From a virus (Duplodnaviria; Caudoviricetes): 64,000 nt of DNA. The position numbers and the translations under genes were made by a program. The stretch lies in the IMG/VR virus record IMGVR_UViG_3300042010_000129, positions 160,001 through 224,000 of that record, one strand, 5' to 3'. Position 1 is the first letter of the stretch. Each line of letters opens with the position of its first letter. Shown here piece after piece: positions 1-9,336 of the stretch. Below the pieces are notes generated by a model. The model was not told the DNA's origin and ran no database searches. It saw only the letters and a list, made by a program, of their open reading frames with translations.

Positions 1-158
1 ATGATCCCGTGCAAATCAATTTCGGAAATTTTATACGTCTTGCAAAGTTCGGGCGCTTTCATTCCGAGCTTCGAAAGTTTTGCTTGAATTGCAGCAACCG
101 CCTGATCGCGGATATCGTCTACAGCGATTTGGCCTCGGTCGAGGTTTGGCTTGGGCAT
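1..158 (-). CDS. Hypothetical protein, 3'-truncated by window edge (MPKPNLDRGQIAVDD...)
   Basis: Hand translation: ATG at 158 with GGGGA SD; frame stays open to base 1. Confidence 0.55.
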   Translation of the reverse strand, partial: MPKPNLDRGQIAVDDIRDQAVAAIQAKLSKLGMKAPELCKTYKISEIDLHGI

Positions 159-505
159 TTCGTTCCCCGTAAATCAATGAGTAGTTGGCGGCGCGCTTGC
201 TCCACCGTAATGTTACTCATTTTATTTACAGTATCTAATTCGATGCGCAGTTCCTTGATCAGTTCGCGCAATTCCCAATGGTGGTGTTCGATTGGTTGCC
301 CGCCGATGTTAATGCGTGGCTTGGGCCTGCTGTAGATCGTACCCGGCATGCGGAAAGCTTCGTATTCTTCAGGTGCGATAATATCGACAACCTGTGCGCG
401 GTCACTGTTCAGGAAGCGTTCAAAACCTTCGGCCTTCAGCAAAAGATTTTTGATGCGCTCGGCCTGTGTAAGCAGCATCCCATTTTCGTCACGCTCTTCA
501 GTCAT
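119..505 (-). CDS. Hypothetical protein
   Basis: Track ORF 119-670 re-started at MTEERD (ATG 505), which overlaps the upstream stop. Confidence 0.65.
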   Translation of the reverse strand: MTEERDENGMLLTQAERIKNLLLKAEGFERFLNSDRAQVVDIIAPEEYEAFRMPGTIYSRPKPRINIGGQPIEHHHWELRELIKELRIELDTVNKMSNITVEQARRQLLIDLRGTKCPSQTSTEAKSL

Positions 506-977
506 TGGTCGGGTGCCCCAGCGCAGTCCACAAAAAGTATGCAGGTTTTTCAGCTTGTTCCACAGAACGAACTTGCCAGCTGGTTTCCATCGTACCCAGT
601 TCGATACCGGCGTTGACGTTCTGGTAGCTGACGGTCGCGTGGAAAAGAAAACGCGGCATGGAACCATCACGCGGATAGTTCGGAATGCGGAACATATTCG
701 ACACGCTTACCACGATGGAATACGCACGAACTTTTTCGCCGTACATTTCCTGATAGATGCGTTTGTGCAGCGCGTGCGAATAGTCGCCGGTTTCGAAGGG
801 ACGCATATCGCGCCACGTGTAACCTGCATCGCTGAACGCCAGAAAGATTGGATCGTTGGCCAGACCGTTAGGCAGATTGCTTGCGCTTTTTGCTGTTGGA
901 TCGGGCACGACGTGACTTACGTTCCGGCTCAAATTCTGATTCGACTGGTTCATCTTTTTTGGTTTCCGTTTCGGCAA
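498..977 (-). CDS. Hypothetical protein (start uncertain)
   Basis: Minus-strand ORF; 5' end overlaps 868-1305. Confidence 0.55.
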   Translation of the reverse strand: MPKRKPKKMNQSNQNLSRNVSHVVPDPTAKSASNLPNGLANDPIFLAFSDAGYTWRDMRPFETGDYSHALHKRIYQEMYGEKVRAYSIVVSVSNMFRIPNYPRDGSMPRFLFHATVSYQNVNAGIELGTMETSWQVRSVEQAEKPAYFLWTALGHPTND

Positions 978-1305
978 GAATCATTTCGACCAATTTTACG
1001 GGCGCAGGGTGCCACATAATGGTCATCATCAGATCGAAGTTCGAAGTCCAAACTTTTTGTACGTCGCCACCTTCACCTTCGACGTATTGAACTTGATCAA
1101 CTTTTTGCAGCATTTCCCACGCAGCTTTCCGCACACCAAGTGCTGTGCCCACCAACCGCGCAGCCAACACCACGACCAGCAACGCGTGCCGGTAGTCATG
1201 CAGGATTTTTGGCGGGTCTGGTTTCTTTGGAAAAATAACAAAGTGAACATGGTACGCAATTGAAGTGCGTGCAAACGGCGCCTTAAACTTTATCACTTCC
1301 CGCAT
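868..1305 (-). CDS. Hypothetical protein
   Basis: Minus-strand ORF in co-directional run. Confidence 0.5.
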   Translation of the reverse strand: MREVIKFKAPFARTSIAYHVHFVIFPKKPDPPKILHDYRHALLVVVLAARLVGTALGVRKAAWEMLQKVDQVQYVEGEGGDVQKVWTSNFDLMMTIMWHPAPVKLVEMILAETETKKDEPVESEFEPERKSRRARSNSKKRKQSA

Positions 1306-1594
1306 TTACTGCACTCGCCTTATCGTCGAACAACTTCCACAGCGCATGAAAATCCGTGTCTTCTTGCGCGGCCCTTGTTTGGTTAAGTGCGGCACGGATC
1401 GTTTCGTGATCCACGCCATCCAGATATTTAATGATCGCCACTTCTAGCCGGTGTAGGCCGTTGGCTTTTTTGCAGAAATCGGAATTCATTTTCTGCACGG
1501 TTTGTTCATGGCCCGCCGCGTAATGCCTTTCACCCGTGGCATTCGCACGCGAACCGTTGCGCGGTTTCTTTTTAGCTGGCAGTGGCTCGGTCAT
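1283..1594 (-). CDS. Hypothetical protein
   Basis: Minus-strand ORF in co-directional run. Confidence 0.6.
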   Translation of the reverse strand: MTEPLPAKKKPRNGSRANATGERHYAAGHEQTVQKMNSDFCKKANGLHRLEVAIIKYLDGVDHETIRAALNQTRAAQEDTDFHALWKLFDDKASAVNAGSDKV

Positions 1595-2003
1595 GAACGT
1601 GAGTCCTCAGTCCCATACGGCCTTTGAAAATCGGCATGTTCAGAGTGACAAGCGCATTCAGAACTTTCACCGTTTCTTCCGGATCGCAATCGCAGGAGTG
1701 TTTGACCTGAATCAAATCACCGTCCGCATTTTCGCGATAAATAAACCGCGCATTCTGCCGCCAGATACCGGGCACCATCGTGTACAACAAATCGCCCAGC
1801 ACATCGTGCGGCGCCATTTTACGTTCGGCGCGCAGAAGGTAGTAGCAATCGGTGCCGATATTCATGCGCAAAACAAACGCTTCAATATCTGCGTCGTCAG
1901 CTTTCAAGTCGAATGCCTTGATGCACTGGTCAAGTGCGGTTTTATTGCTGAAGCCGAGAATCAAACGACCGTGACCTTCAGGAATTGTAGGAATCGGAAT
2001 CAT
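1572..2003 (-). CDS. Hypothetical protein
   Basis: ATGA-coupled to upstream ORF. Confidence 0.7.
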   Translation of the reverse strand: MIPIPTIPEGHGRLILGFSNKTALDQCIKAFDLKADDADIEAFVLRMNIGTDCYYLLRAERKMAPHDVLGDLLYTMVPGIWRQNARFIYRENADGDLIQVKHSCDCDPEETVKVLNALVTLNMPIFKGRMGLRTHVHDRATAS

Positions 2004-2593
2004 GCTTGTGCCTCGCTTTGTTGGTTGAGGGTGTGCAGCAAACCTTCGGCTTTCAACCGGCGAATTTCACTGAGGGATTTTCCGTACTTCGCCGCCAGTT
2101 CTTTCACTGTACCTTCGGGCGCAGGTTGGTGCTGGCTGTTGAAGGCCGCACGCTGCTGTTCTGCGCCACGCTTTGCGCGTTCCTGTTCTTTACGTTGCTC
2201 TGCGCGCACATCACGCCATTGCAGGGCCACAGGCTTTTCTTGTCGCAGCATAGCAGCCATCAAACGAATGGTTTCTTCGTCAATGAACGGCATGAGTTTG
2301 CGCGCAGTTTCCAGCATGTGTTCCTGCGCCCATTCCTTCACTTCTTTTAGCAGCGAATCTGCGACCGGCCCGAAAACGAATTCGGCGTCTTTCAGATTGT
2401 TCATGTCCACATAACGTTCGTTGATTGCCCAAAACAACGCCATACGGATTTCCATGTCGGCTTCGTTCGTGAGCAATTCACGCGCAAACTGAAATTCCTT
2501 TTTGTAACTGTCGAGATACAGCGTGTAGCCGATCCGTGTGCGATGCTCTGTCGTCAGATGTGCGAACGGACTTTTCGCTTTCGTGGCATTCAT
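2000..2593 (-). CDS. Hypothetical protein with C-terminal HTH-like segment
   Basis: C-terminal TVKELAAKYGKSLSEIRRLKAEG resembles a helix-turn-helix. Confidence 0.65.
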   Translation of the reverse strand: MNATKAKSPFAHLTTEHRTRIGYTLYLDSYKKEFQFARELLTNEADMEIRMALFWAINERYVDMNNLKDAEFVFGPVADSLLKEVKEWAQEHMLETARKLMPFIDEETIRLMAAMLRQEKPVALQWRDVRAEQRKEQERAKRGAEQQRAAFNSQHQPAPEGTVKELAAKYGKSLSEIRRLKAEGLLHTLNQQSEAQA

Positions 2594-2961
2594 TAAAAAA
2601 TCTCGATATCGTAAATGAATTCGTCGCCCGCCAAGTGCTGTTTAACAGTCTGATAAAGCACAGGCAGCATTTCGGGTTTCTTGAAAATCGGAGGGCAGTA
2701 CATCGGCAGAATGTACGTCGGTTTACTTCCGTTCGGTGCCCACGTGTGAATCACAGCCCAGTGAGAAAAACGCAGGTCGCCAACATGCGCACGAAATGCA
2801 GAAACTTTCGCCTCTGCTGCTTTCGTTTTGCGATCAAGTGAGTCGCTACGCATGTTGCCCGGAATTCTCAACAGGCACTGGTAATCATCAATCTCAGCCT
2901 TGCCCTTTTGCATCTGCTCAACTGTGATGTGATTACCGTAAGAAATGCCTGTGAATTCCAT
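2593..2961 (-). CDS. Hypothetical protein
   Basis: TAATG-coupled ORF. Confidence 0.7.
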   Translation of the reverse strand: MEFTGISYGNHITVEQMQKGKAEIDDYQCLLRIPGNMRSDSLDRKTKAAEAKVSAFRAHVGDLRFSHWAVIHTWAPNGSKPTYILPMYCPPIFKKPEMLPVLYQTVKQHLAGDEFIYDIEIF

Positions 2962-2963
2962 GG

Positions 2964-3704
2964 TTAATCCCTGTGATGTTCTTTCAGGATTTGAGCGGTC
3001 ATTACTTCGAGGGCTTCCGGCGTTACATGAACGTCGTGCGTAGTGGAAAATTCCAGCACATTACCTTCGAGCATTTGCAGATAAAGCTGGTGAACCACAT
3101 TGACGTAAAGCTCGCGCACGTCTTTGGTTGGCAGCACGGAATCCATGACCACAGTCTGACCACCCGGCGCCTCATAGAAGAACTGCGTTTGCTGCACGTA
3201 TTGTGGTTCGATACTTTCCAGATTAATGGAAACATCGAAACGGTTGAAAGCAGTTTCCAGCAATTGCTTTGCCATCTTGCCAGTCATGTACGGCAAGTCT
3301 GGCTGACCTTTTGGATCGACCTTCGCGTGCAATTGCAATTCCAGCGTGTCGCCGTCGTGGTTCGCTTCGTACACAACGTTCAATTCGAGTTCCGCAATGC
3401 ATTCGTGCGTGCGGATTTCGTTGAGGTCGTGCAGCAGCGGTGCAAGGCACTTGCGCACGGAATCGGTGAATACTTCCACCGGGTTCATTTGTGCCACGAT
3501 TTGCTTCGCCAGCGAATCACCCGACAGGCCAGCCAGAACAACCGGAACTTTGAATTCCATCGGACTGAAAATTTCATGGCTGGTGATTTCACGATAACCG
3601 ATGCGCTTGTCTTCCAGCTTCGGTTTGCGGACACGCGGTTTAGGAGGGTTCTTTTTCAGGGAAGCCTTTGCTTTTTTCTCTTCTACTTTTTTCTTGCCAG
3701 CCAT
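2964..3704 (-). CDS. Hypothetical protein with basic N-terminus
   Basis: Start re-set to MAGKKK (3704), TAATG overlap with upstream stop. Confidence 0.7.
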   Translation of the reverse strand: MAGKKKVEEKKAKASLKKNPPKPRVRKPKLEDKRIGYREITSHEIFSPMEFKVPVVLAGLSGDSLAKQIVAQMNPVEVFTDSVRKCLAPLLHDLNEIRTHECIAELELNVVYEANHDGDTLELQLHAKVDPKGQPDLPYMTGKMAKQLLETAFNRFDVSINLESIEPQYVQQTQFFYEAPGGQTVVMDSVLPTKDVRELYVNVVHQLYLQMLEGNVLEFSTTHDVHVTPEALEVMTAQILKEHHRD

Positions 3705-4903
3705 TATTTCACCCATACCCAGTCTTTAAGTTTCGCATCCCACATTTTTGTATTGGCGGGAGTCATGCGAATGAGGTTCATGTTTTTGTATACGCCCCAG
3801 CCGCCTTTGGCAAAGTTCACAACCCATGGCGATGTGCTGGTAGCGCGCACGTACAATTTACGGACTTTCAAGCGATCAGCACCGGTACGGTCGATGCAAA
3901 TCATCTGGCGTTGAATCTCAACTACGCCAGTTTTCAAACGAGTCAGAATCTGGATGTTGTAGCACCCATTTTCCAATTCGAGTTTTGGCAATTCACTCGG
4001 TTTGTAGCGCGGATAATTCGCGATGATTACTCGCGACTCCGACGCCCCCGCGTGAATGTATTCGTCGTTCGACATTCCGCTGTACAGGAAATGATCCCCG
4101 TAGTTTGCGCGCAGGAATCCAACGTTAACCGGCGACCGGTCAAAGTTGCCGCTGAAGTACGCGCCGTATTCTGCCACCAGTTGGTTTGCCGAACGGAAGA
4201 ACGCGCCGTATTGCCCATTTGCAGCGGTGTTCACATCGGGAATATCCGGCCCGTGGTCGGTGATCAGAATCACGCCGTTACCGGCCTCACGATACGCCAC
4301 CATTGCCGCCACGCCTTGCGGTGTGAAACGCCCGGTTGCCGTCGTGTAATCCGACGACATATGCAGCACTGCGCAATACTGGTCGAGTTCTGCGAACGTC
4401 GGGTTCAGCGTGCCGCTGTAGTCCGCACGATCTTTGAAAACCGGATTGTAGCCAGCGATTGCAAACAGGTTTACAAACGACGTGTAGAAGCCCGTAGGTG
4501 CCCCCGATTTAACCGGGTAGTTCTCGGCTGCAATTGCATCGCCCAAAATCAGCACGTTGCGATTGCCCGCGTTGACCTTCACTTTGTTGCTCACGAAATT
4601 CAGCGCGTTGTGCAAATATTTAAACGCACCAGACAGCCCGGCGAATCCGACGTTGGCCGCTGGCGCATAGATGTTGTAAAACTTCGGAAAACCGCCGTCG
4701 TAAACAACGTTGCCGCGCCCGTCCTGCGTCACCGCAATAAACGGATTCGGCGGCGACAGTGTGTCGTAGGCAACGTATTCGGAAAGCGTAGGCATCAATC
4801 CGTTAACAGTGAACATAACGAAATCGACGCTTTGGCTCGCTTGCCAGTCAACGGTTTGGCGAGTGGTGTACGTGCCCGCCAAGTGATCAAGATTTACATG
4901 CAT
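3704..4903 (-). CDS. Putative virion/tail-associated protein with alpha/beta (GATase-1/ThuA-like) domain
   Basis: About 400 aa, Gly/Asn/Tyr/Thr rich; motifs NPFIAVTQDGRGNVVYDGGFPKFYN and GVILITDHG recalled from phage tail-associated proteins; start re-set to MHVNL (4903). Confidence 0.45.
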   Translation of the reverse strand: MHVNLDHLAGTYTTRQTVDWQASQSVDFVMFTVNGLMPTLSEYVAYDTLSPPNPFIAVTQDGRGNVVYDGGFPKFYNIYAPAANVGFAGLSGAFKYLHNALNFVSNKVKVNAGNRNVLILGDAIAAENYPVKSGAPTGFYTSFVNLFAIAGYNPVFKDRADYSGTLNPTFAELDQYCAVLHMSSDYTTATGRFTPQGVAAMVAYREAGNGVILITDHGPDIPDVNTAANGQYGAFFRSANQLVAEYGAYFSGNFDRSPVNVGFLRANYGDHFLYSGMSNDEYIHAGASESRVIIANYPRYKPSELPKLELENGCYNIQILTRLKTGVVEIQRQMICIDRTGADRLKVRKLYVRATSTSPWVVNFAKGGWGVYKNMNLIRMTPANTKMWDAKLKDWVWVK

Positions 4904-4913
4904 GGGAAACCTA

Positions 4914-5228
4914 TTAATGTGGTCGGTAGTCTTTATCCGGCCAATGCCCACACTCCACCATCGCATCTACCCATTGATAGTGGCAGAATTTGTAAACGCA
5001 CCCATCAAAAACTTCGCACAATTCCTCGAAGGTTTCTACTTCGTGATTTCCGTAACGAGTTTCGATGTACAGAGTTCCGCCCTTGGTGGTGTAGGCGTTC
5101 ATGTTGGCTTTTGCGCCGGTGTTGAGGTCGTAAGTAAAACGGGATTTTTCTTTGTCGTATCCGAGGGTGATTTCTACGCCGAGTTTAACCAGCTGTTCAA
5201 CCAACGGATGGAGGGGTTTCATCTTCAT
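4914..5228 (-). CDS. Hypothetical phage protein
   Basis: 104-aa minus-strand ORF. Confidence 0.65.
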   Translation of the reverse strand: MKMKPLHPLVEQLVKLGVEITLGYDKEKSRFTYDLNTGAKANMNAYTTKGGTLYIETRYGNHEVETFEELCEVFDGCVYKFCHYQWVDAMVECGHWPDKDYRPH

Positions 5229-5673
5229 GTTCTTTACCTTTACAGTTATCGTCAGGCTCAGATATTTTTGGTCGTTGCGCTTCGAGTTCGCGGATTTTAT
5301 TCAGCTTGATGGCTCGCAGTCTTTGCGATGTGGTCATCAGGATTTCTTCGACCACGCGATTACCCGGCGAATGGTATTGTGCATGCTGCTTACCGTCACG
5401 GGTCAGCGGCACACCGTATTCGCTGAAGACGCCTTTTTGAATTCCGTTCGCATCGTGCATGCGCCAACGAATATTTGTGTGACTGATTTTTTCTTGCGTA
5501 ATCGCCAGCCGGAAAGCATCGAATGCAATTTCGTTGGCGATGTGGATCGTCTCATGCGCGTCGGGCGCAAAGTAACGCGACGGGAGCGAAAGTGCCTCGC
5601 CATCCGAAAGTGCGTACACTGCGTATTCCGCTTCGTCTTGCGATCCGGGCAGGTGCAGGTGAATTGTTATCAC
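5197..5673 (-). CDS. Hypothetical protein
   Basis: 158-aa minus-strand ORF. Confidence 0.6.
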   Translation of the reverse strand: MITIHLHLPGSQDEAEYAVYALSDGEALSLPSRYFAPDAHETIHIANEIAFDAFRLAITQEKISHTNIRWRMHDANGIQKGVFSEYGVPLTRDGKQHAQYHSPGNRVVEEILMTTSQRLRAIKLNKIRELEAQRPKISEPDDNCKGKEHEDETPPSVG

Positions 5674-5971
5674 GTTGGATTAACTCCACGTTCAAGAAAT
5701 ATTCCGCATCGTGTACGTCGTGGAAAATACGCCGCCTGCACACCATGCCATGTTGATAAAAGTCTACGGTGAATTTCCGGCGTTTGCCTTTCACGTTCTC
5801 GGAGACTTTGATATTTTTCTCTGAATCGCTGATAAAGATTTCGTGCTGGTACTCGCCACGACTCAAGCGATAAAGGGAGTATGACGCTTCACGCGGTTGA
5901 TCATTGTGTTGAACAATCCGCGCCACTTTGAGGAATTCAGATTTTCGGAGCCAAGGCCAGATGCCTTGCAT
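5552..5971 (-). CDS. Hypothetical protein (boundaries uncertain)
   Basis: Overlaps both neighbours by more than 100 nt; start re-set to MQGIW. Confidence 0.35.
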   Translation of the reverse strand: MQGIWPWLRKSEFLKVARIVQHNDQPREASYSLYRLSRGEYQHEIFISDSEKNIKVSENVKGKRRKFTVDFYQHGMVCRRRIFHDVHDAEYFLNVELIQRDNNSPAPARIARRSGIRSVRTFGWRGTFAPVALLCARRA

Positions 5972-6237
5972 TTTTGTACGCTCTGACGCCGCTGGATTGT
6001 GCGTAGCATGCACAGCAGATCCTCCTTCTTGGACTCGCTGTAGCTTTTTGCAAGTCCTGTATTCAAATTACGCAAAACGAAGCTTTTACGATATTCAATC
6101 AGCACGTAATAAATCGGGCGCTGATCAGCACCGCGTGCCTTGAAAGAAAATTCGAGCGTTCCCTCGCCACGCGATTGCACCACTTTGTACTCAGGCAGTG
6201 CAGCGCGCAAATCCGATACAATTTTTGACCACAACAT
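5863..6237 (-). CDS. Hypothetical protein
   Basis: AAGGA SD upstream of ATG 6237. Confidence 0.55.
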   Translation of the reverse strand: MLWSKIVSDLRAALPEYKVVQSRGEGTLEFSFKARGADQRPIYYVLIEYRKSFVLRNLNTGLAKSYSESKKEDLLCMLRTIQRRQSVQKCKASGLGSENLNSSKWRGLFNTMINRVKRHTPFIA

Positions 6238-6266
6238 TTTTCAGAAATCCTTTTCTCAGTTTTGGG

Positions 6267-6590
6267 TTACAGGCTGCGTGGAATACCGGCCCGTTCTTCG
6301 GCCTGCGCAATGTCTTCCTGCGACAGGCTACGGATGGCAGTTTTGCGAACAGTGAAGCAGAAAATATCGTTCGCGCTGAATTCACCGTTTGCCAGTTTGT
6401 CTTCCAGCACTTCGGCGCCCCGGCGAATTACTTCCGGCAGCGGGTCAGGAATATAGGTTCCTGCTGCGTCGAACATCGTCAGCGTATTTGCCAGTTCGAT
6501 ATCAACGCTTTTCATGCCGCCGCCAGCGCGTGGCCCCGAGACATTTACTTCTGCCGCGTATTGGTCTTCGTAGCGAATTTTATCGTTCAT
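6267..6590 (-). CDS. Hypothetical protein
   Basis: GAGGT SD; 107 aa. Confidence 0.7.
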   Translation of the reverse strand: MNDKIRYEDQYAAEVNVSGPRAGGGMKSVDIELANTLTMFDAAGTYIPDPLPEVIRRGAEVLEDKLANGEFSANDIFCFTVRKTAIRSLSQEDIAQAEERAGIPRSL

Positions 6591-6597
6591 ACAGACC

Positions 6598-7392
6598 TCA
6601 ATGAATGTGGTGATTAGGAACGTTCAGGCGCACCACAGTACGCGTGCAATCGCGCAGCACTGGCAACGACTCATGCACGAACGTAACGTTGCCTGCGTAG
6701 GCCGTGTGGGCGTCCAGAATGACTTCCTGCATATGGCTGAAATCCAGATGCGAAACATCACCACCGGGCAACACCAAACCTTCCCATTCGCCAAGCAATG
6801 CACGACTGGCCGAAATGTCAGAAGCCAAAATAATTGCTTCCGGTCGGTCGTTCAAATCGAACACCCAATTTTCTGCACCAGCTTTTTTCGTCGGTTTGCG
6901 TGTGTCGTAATTTTCGCGTTTGGTCTTGTGGGGTTTTCCGAGGTCGGCACGTTCTTCGTTGCGCTTTTGTTCCTCACGCTGGCGGCGCTGATATTCTTCC
7001 TCGGAAATATACCCGTGCCCATCGCGACGGCGACCAACACCCGAATGGCTACCACGTGGCCCATGAGAGGGAGGACTAACGCCGCCGTGTGCAGAAATTG
7101 CGTTCCACGGTTTTTGTCCATCGTTCCACGCGCCCGCAGGATTCCAATAACCATCAACATGCAGACCGGGGCGACGATGCGTTGTGGTGGCAGAAACAAA
7201 TTTCTGATCGACCATCAAATAAATCGGGCCGTCAGTATCAACGCCGACCAACATTTGATCGACGGTTTGTTGCCAGCGTTTCAGGTCTTCAGGCAGACCA
7301 GTTTCCAAACGAAATTCACGCATGTAAATTCGTTCTGCTGTGAACGCCGGGAAATCAACCGGGCCAACTTTCTGCATAACCGACTGCAACAT
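6598..7392 (-). CDS. 2OG-Fe(II) dioxygenase-like protein with low-complexity insertion
   Basis: HRRPGLHVDG (HxD) ... distal HES ... RTVVRL, the facial-triad/Arg pattern of double-stranded beta-helix oxygenases; start MLQSV at 7392 (TAATG). Confidence 0.6.
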   Translation of the reverse strand: MLQSVMQKVGPVDFPAFTAERIYMREFRLETGLPEDLKRWQQTVDQMLVGVDTDGPIYLMVDQKFVSATTTHRRPGLHVDGYWNPAGAWNDGQKPWNAISAHGGVSPPSHGPRGSHSGVGRRRDGHGYISEEEYQRRQREEQKRNEERADLGKPHKTKRENYDTRKPTKKAGAENWVFDLNDRPEAIILASDISASRALLGEWEGLVLPGGDVSHLDFSHMQEVILDAHTAYAGNVTFVHESLPVLRDCTRTVVRLNVPNHHIH

Positions 7393-7718
7393 TATTTCTT
7401 CCTCGACTGCTGACGCATTTTCTTTTTGACCTTGCGCAGTTTGCGAGCTTTGGCCGCACCGTGTACGCCTTGACCAGAAGTGCGCTTTTGCCCGTACTGC
7501 CAACCGCCAGAATAGCTCAGGCCACCGAATGGCAAATGGGTACGCGGTTCCGTGTCTTCGGTGCGTGGGGGCGTCGGGTGCATTGCAGCGGCGGTTGCCA
7601 TTGCAGCAGCCAGCATACGCAAATGACCACCACGCGCGCCGCTGGTAGTGGTGCTGATAATTTCGATACCGTCCGGAAATTTGCTTACCGGTACGTCGTC
7701 TTGAATTTCATTTTGCAT
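7392..7718 (-). CDS. Small protein with Lys/Arg-rich C-terminal tail
   Basis: Ends KARKLRKVKKKMRQQSRKK. Confidence 0.65.
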   Translation of the reverse strand: MQNEIQDDVPVSKFPDGIEIISTTTSGARGGHLRMLAAAMATAAAMHPTPPRTEDTEPRTHLPFGGLSYSGGWQYGQKRTSGQGVHGAAKARKLRKVKKKMRQQSRKK

Positions 7719-8135
7719 TTAGCGAATTCCGACAGAAGTTTGAGAAACGATTACGGTGTATGTGCGCGTCGATTGGTCGGCCATCAGGGCCTTAACCTGT
7801 TCGTTCGCAATTACTTCGTCGCGGTAGTGAATCGCACGACTGCCGACTTTGGTTGTCGCTACAGAATCCAGCGCAATCACCGCCACATATTCCATCGAAC
7901 GATTTTCGCGGATCATGTAGAGATAATCGGAACCTTCCAGAAGCGCACCACGTTCAACAGTTTCGAAACCGGGACTGGCGGGCGCATCCGACCACAACTT
8001 TGCAAAGGCTTCTGCGCTTTCTTTGTTGGGAAAGCTCAGGGCCTCCCGTTCGAGTGGCAGCATTCCCACCTTGCCATCCGGATAAATCATACCGACAAAG
8101 CTGCCAGTTTTTTTGTTGCGGATTAAATAGGCCAT
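7719..8135 (-). CDS. Hypothetical protein
   Basis: 138-aa coupled ORF. Confidence 0.7.
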   Translation of the reverse strand: MAYLIRNKKTGSFVGMIYPDGKVGMLPLEREALSFPNKESAEAFAKLWSDAPASPGFETVERGALLEGSDYLYMIRENRSMEYVAVIALDSVATTKVGSRAIHYRDEVIANEQVKALMADQSTRTYTVIVSQTSVGIR

Positions 8136-8779
8136 TATTTCCGGTTCCTTTCTGCGTCAAACATCACAACCACAACCACACCGTAGCGCGTCGATTGAGG
8201 GCCACGCAAAGAATCGCGAACCTCTTCCGCCAGTTTACGGCCCGTAATCAGCATCGCTTTTTGAATGTTGGTACTACTGCGAATGTCAGGGCCAACCAAC
8301 GCCGTAATGTAACGGTTCGTGTGGTTGTCGCTGATCGCGTACATGTTCAGGTCTGTTGTTGCAGGAGGCACCGCACCCACTGGCGTAATAGGCTTCCAGT
8401 AAATGTATTCCAGCGCATCGGTAGAAGCGACACGAATATAACCATTGCGCGGCAAAGATTCTTGCAGGATTTCCGAATGCACTTGATCGACGAATACCGC
8501 GAAGTATCCGAGGGCCGCTGCGCGATTCTCCAGCCACGAAAGCAGCGTGCGGAAAAAGCCTTGTCCGCGCAGACGGGCCGCTACGTCAATCGACGCCACG
8601 GTGATTGCAGGAATGAACGTGCGGCCTTCCGGTTCCAGACGACGCCCGGCCCGCAAATAAATACGGAACTGCGAACATTTAAATTCTTCCGAACGTGGAA
8701 GCTGTGCGTCGAGTTGCTTAGTTAGCCATTCCGCGATTGCGTCCATGGTGGGGCCAGCATTATCTTTTTTCGCTTTCAT
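8135..8779 (-). CDS. GNAT-family acetyltransferase (N-terminal domain) with C-terminal extension
   Basis: VASIDVAARLRGQGFFRTLL = GNAT motif A (V-x4-RGxG). Confidence 0.75.
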   Translation of the reverse strand: MKAKKDNAGPTMDAIAEWLTKQLDAQLPRSEEFKCSQFRIYLRAGRRLEPEGRTFIPAITVASIDVAARLRGQGFFRTLLSWLENRAAALGYFAVFVDQVHSEILQESLPRNGYIRVASTDALEYIYWKPITPVGAVPPATTDLNMYAISDNHTNRYITALVGPDIRSSTNIQKAMLITGRKLAEEVRDSLRGPQSTRYGVVVVVMFDAERNRK

Positions 8780-9336
8780 AACTTACCTGCCTTTTTCGCG
8801 GCCAAGAATTGTTTTCGGAATGCCTGTTTACGGCGCGTCTGTATAATTCGTATTGCTCGCCAGCGGTCGATAAAAAGCTCGCCGGTCTTTTCGCGGATTT
8901 CCTGCGCGGCCAGCTGAATTTCAGCTTCGCCAAAAGTATTGTCCGGCACATACACAAAATGCCGTTCGAAGAAATCCAAGGAACCCGGATAACCCTGCTC
9001 ACCCTGAATAACACGGTTGCCGAAGTTCTCCAGTTCACGCAGTCGTTTCAGCATGGCCCCTGCAACGCCCTTACGGCGCTTTGTAGGCGTCACGTAGAAC
9101 TGTGCATAGCAGCGCTTGGGTTCGAACAGAATGCAGCCCACAGGCCAGCTTAGTTTCGGCCCGCCCCATGCAACAATGATCAACACTTCCCGGCGTCCGT
9201 CTTTACCAGTGCGTGCGACACGTTCCCATGAATCTTGCAGTTGGCCGCTTTCTTCGAACATGCGTTCCATTGCCATGATCCCGGCGATTTCTTTTAACGC
9301 AGTTTCACCAGTGTACGAATGACAAGCCAATTTCAT
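8776..9336 (-). CDS. GNAT-family acetyltransferase
   Basis: FYVTPTKRRKGVAGAML (motif A) and SLDFFER (motif B-like). Confidence 0.75.
   Translation of the reverse strand: MKLACHSYTGETALKEIAGIMAMERMFEESGQLQDSWERVARTGKDGRREVLIIVAWGGPKLSWPVGCILFEPKRCYAQFYVTPTKRRKGVAGAMLKRLRELENFGNRVIQGEQGYPGSLDFFERHFVYVPDNTFGEAEIQLAAQEIREKTGELFIDRWRAIRIIQTRRKQAFRKQFLAAKKAGKL

Noticed and set aside
3668-5125. 485-aa plus-strand ORF
   Set aside because: Antisense shadow of real minus-strand genes; no SD or motifs, and composition typical of a reverse-complement frame. The same applies to the other long plus-strand ORFs.
8135-9336. GNATs as LuxI-type AHL synthases using the ACP domains
   Set aside because: Both carry the acetyl-CoA-binding RxxGxG/A motif and lack the LuxI N-terminal R..F..W signature.
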